Source: Antedon mediterranea
Lineage: Eukaryota; Animalia; Echinodermata
Direction of reading: 5' to 3'
Assembly: GCF_964355755.1 (NCBI RefSeq)
Contig: NC_092680.1
Span: forward strand, 13,277,045-13,341,044
DNA length: 64,000 bases
In this document: piece after piece, positions 62,601 through 64,000 of the stretch
Layout of the letters: each line of letters begins with the position of its first letter
Position numbering within the stretch: position 1 is the first letter of the stretch
Notes under the pieces: generated by a model
The model's database searches: none
Told to the model about the DNA's origin: nothing
The model's input: the letters and a program-made list of their open reading frames with translations, nothing else
Program-made: the position numbers and the translations under genes

Positions 62601-63700
62601 GAAGCTAAAAGAATCATAGCAGAAATTGAGGCCAAAGATTTTAGTAACCAAGAATTATTGTCTGATCAGGAACTAGTGTAAGTTACACTAAAGTAAATTT
62701 AGAAAAGTCAAATCGTGGCTTTGAACATTTTTTGCTGATATCGCTAAAAAGATACTATTGTAAAGTTTGGTTTGTGGTACTTGTATTTCCAAAAGGAAAT
62801 ACATGCAAAGTAAAGTTGATATTAAATGTCTCTACATTTTATTGTTACATACAGTATTACATCCATCGTTTGAAGATTCTCTTACCATCTTAACTTGACT
62901 TATCTGTTGATGTGGTATGCTTTTTATTGTTAAGGTTGAGCCAGGATGTTTTGAGAAGAGCCCAAGAATTACTGGACCTAAGTGCTGATGACTTAAATAC
63001 ACTGATAATGTCCATCCTGCAAAGTATCAATGACGTCAACAACAAGTATGTTGAGATTATTGATTGGAGTACGCAAGCAAACAATGCATCTGAATCAGCT
63101 CATCTCCTCAATCTAAGAAGTTTAGCAAATAAACAACAAGTTGAGGTAAGACACAAATAAACAGAAGGAATTGTTTTCATTACTTTTGTTAGTGTCCCAA
63201 TTTTCAAGAAATAGAAACACAAAGAGAGAAGAATGTTTAACCAAGAGAGTACCTACCTGGATTGACATTGAATTTAGTCATATTTTCTTGCATAGTGGGG
63301 CTTGGGGTTAACAGTGTCATAGACACATACTTGATAACGTGCTGATAGAAAGTAGCTTTGCCCCAGATTGCTAGTTAATTTCGTTTTCCTTTTCGGGCAT
63401 AATTGTACTGTATATTCAGTACATTGAGAACACTTTGCAAAAAAATACATCAGATTAGGGCGAAACGACCTTACAAGCATTTATAATAAAATCATTGCAT
63501 CATCATTACTTTCAATACATCACTATCATACTGATCAATCCCCACTACTATAATTTACTGTTTATTATTATTATTTATTATAGATACACACACAATCTGC
63601 TAAAATGTTGGCAAAAGATGCTGAGAAGAATTTGAGAGAAGCCCAGGAGTTGTTAGTAGATGCAAACAGATTCCTGAATATTGGTCTAGCAAATTCACAG
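8534..63700 (+). CDS. LAMA1/2: Laminin subunit alpha-1/2-like, spliced CDS of 37 exons, 3'-incomplete
   Basis: Signal peptide; LN domain ([29 protein letters not shown]); LE repeats interrupted by two L4 domains; then coiled coil. This is the alpha-1/2 architecture, and every exon junction was checked for phase compatibility. Confidence 0.95.
9566..9883. mobile_element. Kolobok-like MITE
   Basis: Imperfect TIRs AGATAGTGTCCGCCT / GAGGGGACAATACATCT with TTAA on both sides; partial copy at ~13370-13530. Confidence 0.65.
10269..10370. repeat. ~54-bp direct tandem duplication
   Basis: TTAGATGGTTTAAACTGTTTTAGATATTTCAGATAAGATCAAGT occurs twice. Confidence 0.85.
11266..11375. repeat. 12-bp minisatellite (GTGTGATATAGT)n, ~9 copies
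   Basis: Directly visible; explains the HTLY-repeat ORF. Confidence 0.95.
12303..12417 (-). mobile_element. Penelope-like pseudo-LTR fragment with minimal hammerhead motif
   Basis: Reverse complement of 23895-23997 (CTGAGGA-TGATCAA..TTGATCG-AAAC-GTC), followed by the 3' tail AAACCTTCAAACAATAT in the opposite orientation. Confidence 0.75.
15570..15916 (+). mobile_element. 3' end of a CR1/L2-group LINE
   Basis: [35 protein letters not shown] resembles the SF..GP.WN.LP..I..FK.LK C-terminus; T-rich UTR, stem-loop GAGGGACCC..GGGTCACCCTC and (AATA)n tail. Confidence 0.75.
16041..16770 (-). mobile_element. Retroposed non-coding polyadenylated fragment with 16-bp target duplication
   Basis: TAGTTCTTAATTTTTT at 16025-16040 and 16771-16786; minus-strand AATAAA about 25 nt before the poly(A). 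Confidence 0.6.
18213..18408. mobile_element. Degenerate palindromic MITE-like element
   Basis: Outer arms CCTGTGTTTTTCAACAAT / ATTGTTAAAAAAAACAGG; inner arms CAAATAAAGAGA / TCTCTTTATTTG. Confidence 0.5.
18706..19329. mobile_element. Kolobok-like MITE
   Basis: TTAA-AGACACCTTCCCTAC ... GTAGGGAAGGTGT; the right target site is eroded. Confidence 0.7.
20158..20807. mobile_element. PIF/Harbinger-like MITE
   Basis: TIR GACCCCATTTACACTT / AAGTGTAAATGGGGTC, ATA duplicated on both sides, subterminal GGCCGGCC repeats. Confidence 0.85.
22232..22490. repeat. ~21-bp minisatellite (CAGTTCAGCGAATTCCCCACTG variants)
   Basis: About 11 imperfect copies directly visible. Confidence 0.9.
23008..23655 (-). mobile_element. 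5'-truncated CR1-clade LINE
   Basis: Minus frame [43 protein letters not shown]; 3' UTR and (AATATG)n tail. Confidence 0.85.
23820..24030 (+). mobile_element. Penelope-like pseudo-LTR fragment
   Basis: Shares ~100 bp with 12303-12400 in inverted orientation and carries a hammerhead core. Confidence 0.7.
23892..23940 (+). ncRNA. Minimal type I hammerhead ribozyme motif
   Basis: CTGAGGA (23901-23907), stem II CGATCAA/TTGATCG, GAAAC-GTC with predicted cleavage after C23934, stem I CTC/GAG. Confidence 0.7.
24853..25430. repeat. 18-bp minisatellite (GTATATACTGCTGTAATG)n, ~32 copies
   Basis: Directly visible; explains the MVYTAV-repeat ORF. Confidence 0.97.
25466..25583. mobile_element. Harbinger-like MITE, short copy
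   Basis: TIR AGCTCTGTCTACACTATCAAA with TAA/TTA flanks; same family as 59104-59263. Confidence 0.85.
26189..26471. mobile_element. Harbinger-like MITE with triplicated right end
   Basis: TAA-GGGTATGTTCAGATCC ... TAGGTGTGAACAGACCC-TAA; the 20-bp right end is repeated three times at 26412-26471. Confidence 0.7.
30576..31060. mobile_element. MITE, same family as 41113-41452
   Basis: Ends GGGATCTGTTTTTG / TAGAAACAGGCCC; shared core CGGTTAAATGGC.TTCTAACACCGAATTGAATGGGTGTTTT. Confidence 0.7.
31500..32115 (+). mobile_element. Two adjacent LINE-type 3' UTR remnants
   Basis: Each is a T-rich tract followed by a GC-richer stem-loop and an (AATAA)n or (AATA)n tail, ending near 31789 and 32114. Confidence 0.5.
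34560..34685 (-). mobile_element. Degenerate Deu/Nin-domain SINE fragment of a second family
   Basis: Minus strand reads GGATGGGATGTAAAGCCATTGGTCC...CACGTTAAAGAACTAGGTACATTATTCG. Confidence 0.55.
36647..36939 (+). CDS. LAMA1/2: Laminin alpha exon 2 (LN)
   Basis: TTTCAG| (G)[23 protein letters not shown] |GTAAGT. Confidence 0.95.
38176..38209. mobile_element. 34-bp palindromic insert with 7-bp target duplication (candidate P-superfamily footprint)
   Basis: TTATAAT-[CATAGAGGAATTATTTAGAAATAATTCTTCCACG]-GTATAAT. Confidence 0.5.
39011..39330 (+). mobile_element. Full-length tRNA-derived SINE with Deu/Nin-like central domain
   Basis: A box TGGCCGAGCGG, B box GGTTCGAGGC; the segment GGATAAGGACTATAAACCGTAGGTCC..TTAAAGAACC..GAGTAGGGGGTTACCCCGGTGT resembles the DeuSINE domain as recalled; (AAAC)n tail. 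Confidence 0.88.
39614..40713. mobile_element. Kolobok-like non-autonomous DNA transposon, 1.1 kb
   Basis: TIR AATGGACCTGAAATGGA.TTTCGATTTT; TTAA at 39610-39613 and 40714-40717. Confidence 0.85.
41113..41452. mobile_element. MITE, same family as 30576-31060
   Basis: Ends GGTCTGTTTCTGCTG / CAGTAGAAACAGGG; shared internal sequence. Confidence 0.7.
45815..46120 (+). CDS. LAMA1/2: Laminin alpha exon 3 (LN)
   Basis: [45 protein letters not shown] |GTAAGA. Confidence 0.96.
46646..46762 (+). CDS. LAMA1/2: Laminin alpha exon 4 (LN)
   Basis: [25 protein letters not shown] |GTAAGA. Confidence 0.95.
46855..47250 (-). mobile_element. Highly degraded LINE remnant, possibly RTE-like
   Basis: Broken minus-strand frames with [11 protein letters not shown] and RIPK..RGR-like fragments; many stops and frameshifts. 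Confidence 0.3.
48104..48205 (+). CDS. LAMA1/2: Laminin alpha exon 5 (end of LN, start of LE1)
   Basis: [26 protein letters not shown] |GTAAGT. Confidence 0.95.
49032..49149 (+). CDS. LAMA1/2: Laminin alpha exon 6 (LE)
   Basis: [31 protein letters not shown]; ends in phase 1. Confidence 0.95.
49559..49768 (+). CDS. LAMA1/2: Laminin alpha exon 7 (LE)
   Basis: [31 protein letters not shown] |GTAAGT. Confidence 0.95.
50102..50190 (+). CDS. LAMA1/2: Laminin alpha exon 8 (LE)
   Basis: [22 protein letters not shown]; phases 1-0 fit the neighbouring exons. Confidence 0.88.
50363..50518 (+). CDS. LAMA1/2: Laminin alpha exon 9 (LE)
   Basis: [34 protein letters not shown] |GTAAGT. Confidence 0.95.
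50690..51466. mobile_element. Mutator-like MITE inserted in a degenerate tRNA-SINE
   Basis: 9-bp duplication CTCCATAAG at 50681-50689 and 51467-51475; inverted ends containing GCCGCCGACAAGTTGAGCCGCC; tRNA-like head at ~50595-50657. Confidence 0.8.
51642..51819 (-). mobile_element. Penelope-like fragment: hammerhead motif between inverted repeats
   Basis: Minus strand TATATAAG, then CTGATGA-TGAGAA(TAGT)TTCTCG-AAACATGTC at 51695-51726; ~49-bp inverted repeats at 51642-51690 and 51772-51819. Confidence 0.7.
51876..52016 (+). CDS. LAMA1/2: Laminin alpha exon 10 (LE)
   Basis: [38 protein letters not shown]. Confidence 0.95.
52210..52377 (+). CDS. LAMA1/2: Laminin alpha exon 11 (L4a)
   Basis: [23 protein letters not shown]. 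Confidence 0.94.
52604..52699 (+). CDS. LAMA1/2: Laminin alpha exon 12 (L4a)
   Basis: [17 protein letters not shown] |GTATGT. Confidence 0.92.
52913..53142 (+). CDS. LAMA1/2: Laminin alpha exon 13 (L4a)
   Basis: [25 protein letters not shown]; ends in phase 2. Confidence 0.94.
53359..53476 (+). CDS. LAMA1/2: Laminin alpha exon 14 (end of L4a, LE)
   Basis: [23 protein letters not shown]. Confidence 0.94.
53929..54042 (+). CDS. LAMA1/2: Laminin alpha exon 15 (LE)
   Basis: [22 protein letters not shown]. Confidence 0.94.
54379..54506 (+). CDS. LAMA1/2: Laminin alpha exon 16 (LE)
   Basis: [27 protein letters not shown]; ends in phase 2. Confidence 0.94.
54777..54863 (+). CDS. LAMA1/2: Laminin alpha exon 17 (LE)
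   Basis: [28 protein letters not shown]. Confidence 0.94.
54879..54937. repeat. Imperfect (CAT)n microsatellite
   Basis: Directly visible in intron 17. Confidence 0.85.
55227..55444 (+). CDS. LAMA1/2: Laminin alpha exon 18 (LE)
   Basis: [30 protein letters not shown]. Confidence 0.95.
55871..55977 (+). CDS. LAMA1/2: Laminin alpha exon 19 (LE)
   Basis: [24 protein letters not shown]. Confidence 0.95.
56161..56341 (+). CDS. LAMA1/2: Laminin alpha exon 20 (LE)
   Basis: [20 protein letters not shown] |GTAAGT. Confidence 0.95.
56708..56838 (+). CDS. LAMA1/2: Laminin alpha exon 21 (LE)
   Basis: [23 protein letters not shown]. Confidence 0.95.
57209..57273 (+). CDS. LAMA1/2: Laminin alpha exon 22 (LE)
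   Basis: [21 protein letters not shown] |GTGAGT, phase 2. Confidence 0.92.
57478..57640 (+). CDS. LAMA1/2: Laminin alpha exon 23 (LE)
   Basis: [19 protein letters not shown]. Confidence 0.94.
58021..58161 (+). CDS. LAMA1/2: Laminin alpha exon 24 (LE)
   Basis: [35 protein letters not shown]. Confidence 0.94.
58523..58696 (+). CDS. LAMA1/2: Laminin alpha exon 25 (L4b)
   Basis: [19 protein letters not shown]. Confidence 0.92.
58903..59061 (+). CDS. LAMA1/2: Laminin alpha exon 26 (L4b), probable GC donor
   Basis: [23 protein letters not shown]; donor GAG|GCAAGT in phase 0. Confidence 0.85.
59104..59263. mobile_element. Harbinger-like MITE
   Basis: TIR GCTCTGTCTACACTATCAAACT with TTA duplicated on both sides. 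Confidence 0.88.
59379..59615 (+). CDS. LAMA1/2: Laminin alpha exon 27 (end of L4b, LE)
   Basis: [35 protein letters not shown]. Confidence 0.95.
59825..59938 (+). CDS. LAMA1/2: Laminin alpha exon 28 (LE)
   Basis: [21 protein letters not shown]. Confidence 0.94.
60035..60089 (-). ncRNA. Hammerhead-like motif with a mutated core (Penelope-type remnant)
   Basis: Minus strand GGC-CTAATGA-T-ACGACCT(GGAT)AGGTCGT-GAAAC-GTC-GCT; CTAATGA replaces CTGATGA. Confidence 0.55.
60336..60463 (+). CDS. LAMA1/2: Laminin alpha exon 29 (LE)
   Basis: [30 protein letters not shown]. Confidence 0.95.
60767..60853 (+). CDS. LAMA1/2: Laminin alpha exon 30 (LE)
   Basis: [28 protein letters not shown]. Confidence 0.93.
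60993..61186 (+). CDS. LAMA1/2: Laminin alpha exon 31 (last LE)
   Basis: [22 protein letters not shown] |GTAAGT. Confidence 0.95.
61413..61546 (+). CDS. LAMA1/2: Laminin alpha exon 32 (start of coiled coil)
   Basis: [28 protein letters not shown]. Confidence 0.92.
61804..61905 (+). CDS. LAMA1/2: Laminin alpha exon 33 (coiled coil)
   Basis: [25 protein letters not shown]; phases 0-0. Confidence 0.88.
62003..62114 (+). CDS. LAMA1/2: Laminin alpha exon 34 (coiled coil)
   Basis: [24 protein letters not shown]; phases 0-1. Confidence 0.88.
62310..62410 (-). mobile_element. Old copy of the tRNA-SINE head
   Basis: Minus strand GGTGGTTAAAG...GGTTGAAGGCTC..TCCAT..TTCTGGTGGCGGAAC resembles 39011-39115. 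Confidence 0.45.
62524..62677 (+). CDS. LAMA1/2: Laminin alpha exon 35 (coiled coil)
   Basis: [27 protein letters not shown]; phases 1-2. Confidence 0.9.
62935..63145 (+). CDS. LAMA1/2: Laminin alpha exon 36 (coiled coil)
   Basis: [29 protein letters not shown] |GTAAGA. Confidence 0.9.
63584..63700 (+). CDS. LAMA1/2: Laminin alpha exon 37 (coiled coil; gene continues beyond the window)
   Basis: [28 protein letters not shown]; phases 0-0. Confidence 0.88.
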
Positions 63701-64000
63701 GTTTGTGTTAACATTTCAGTCAGGGGGAAAATGGCAAAAGGTTTTCTACTTTCAAGGAGTTTTATCAGATAATCTATATTGTTTTGACTACTCTTGTAAC
63801 ATTGCTGTTTTGCCATTTTTCCTCAAATTGATTTATGAATCTTTTACTGTACATTATAAAGACAATTAAAAAACCCTCACAATGTATTCACATTGATTAT
63901 ACTTGAATAACACCATGTATGGAAGAATATGAAAAAGATGGCTTTTAAAATATTTCAGTGATCATTTGAATGTTTGTTTTTAATAAAAAATTTAATTTCT

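Overview
AT-rich animal genomic DNA, probably from an invertebrate deuterostome (inferred from Deu/Nin-domain SINEs and the repeat landscape). The window holds the 5' part of one intron-rich + strand gene, a laminin alpha chain of the alpha-1/2 type (LAMA1/LAMA2, Drosophila wing blister). I traced 37 frame-consistent exons from the signal-peptide ATG at 8534 through LN, LE repeats, L4a, LE repeats, L4b and LE repeats into the coiled coil; the gene continues past the window. Intron 1 is about 28 kb, intron 2 about 8.9 kb, and intron 26 is probably GC-AG. The rest is transposon debris: Harbinger-, Kolobok- and Mutator-like MITEs, L2/CR1 3' ends, tRNA-derived SINEs, Penelope-type fragments with minimal hammerhead ribozymes, and minisatellites. 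The most unusual signals are tiny CANRG palindromes with 7-bp target duplications clustered near the promoter (candidate P-element excision footprints), a repeated unit with back-to-back tRNA-like genes plus a long hairpin, four hammerhead motifs in the laminin introns, and strong enrichment of TACWGTA and TAGGCCTA. All calls were made by eye with no database searches, and I cannot demonstrate a wholly new system.
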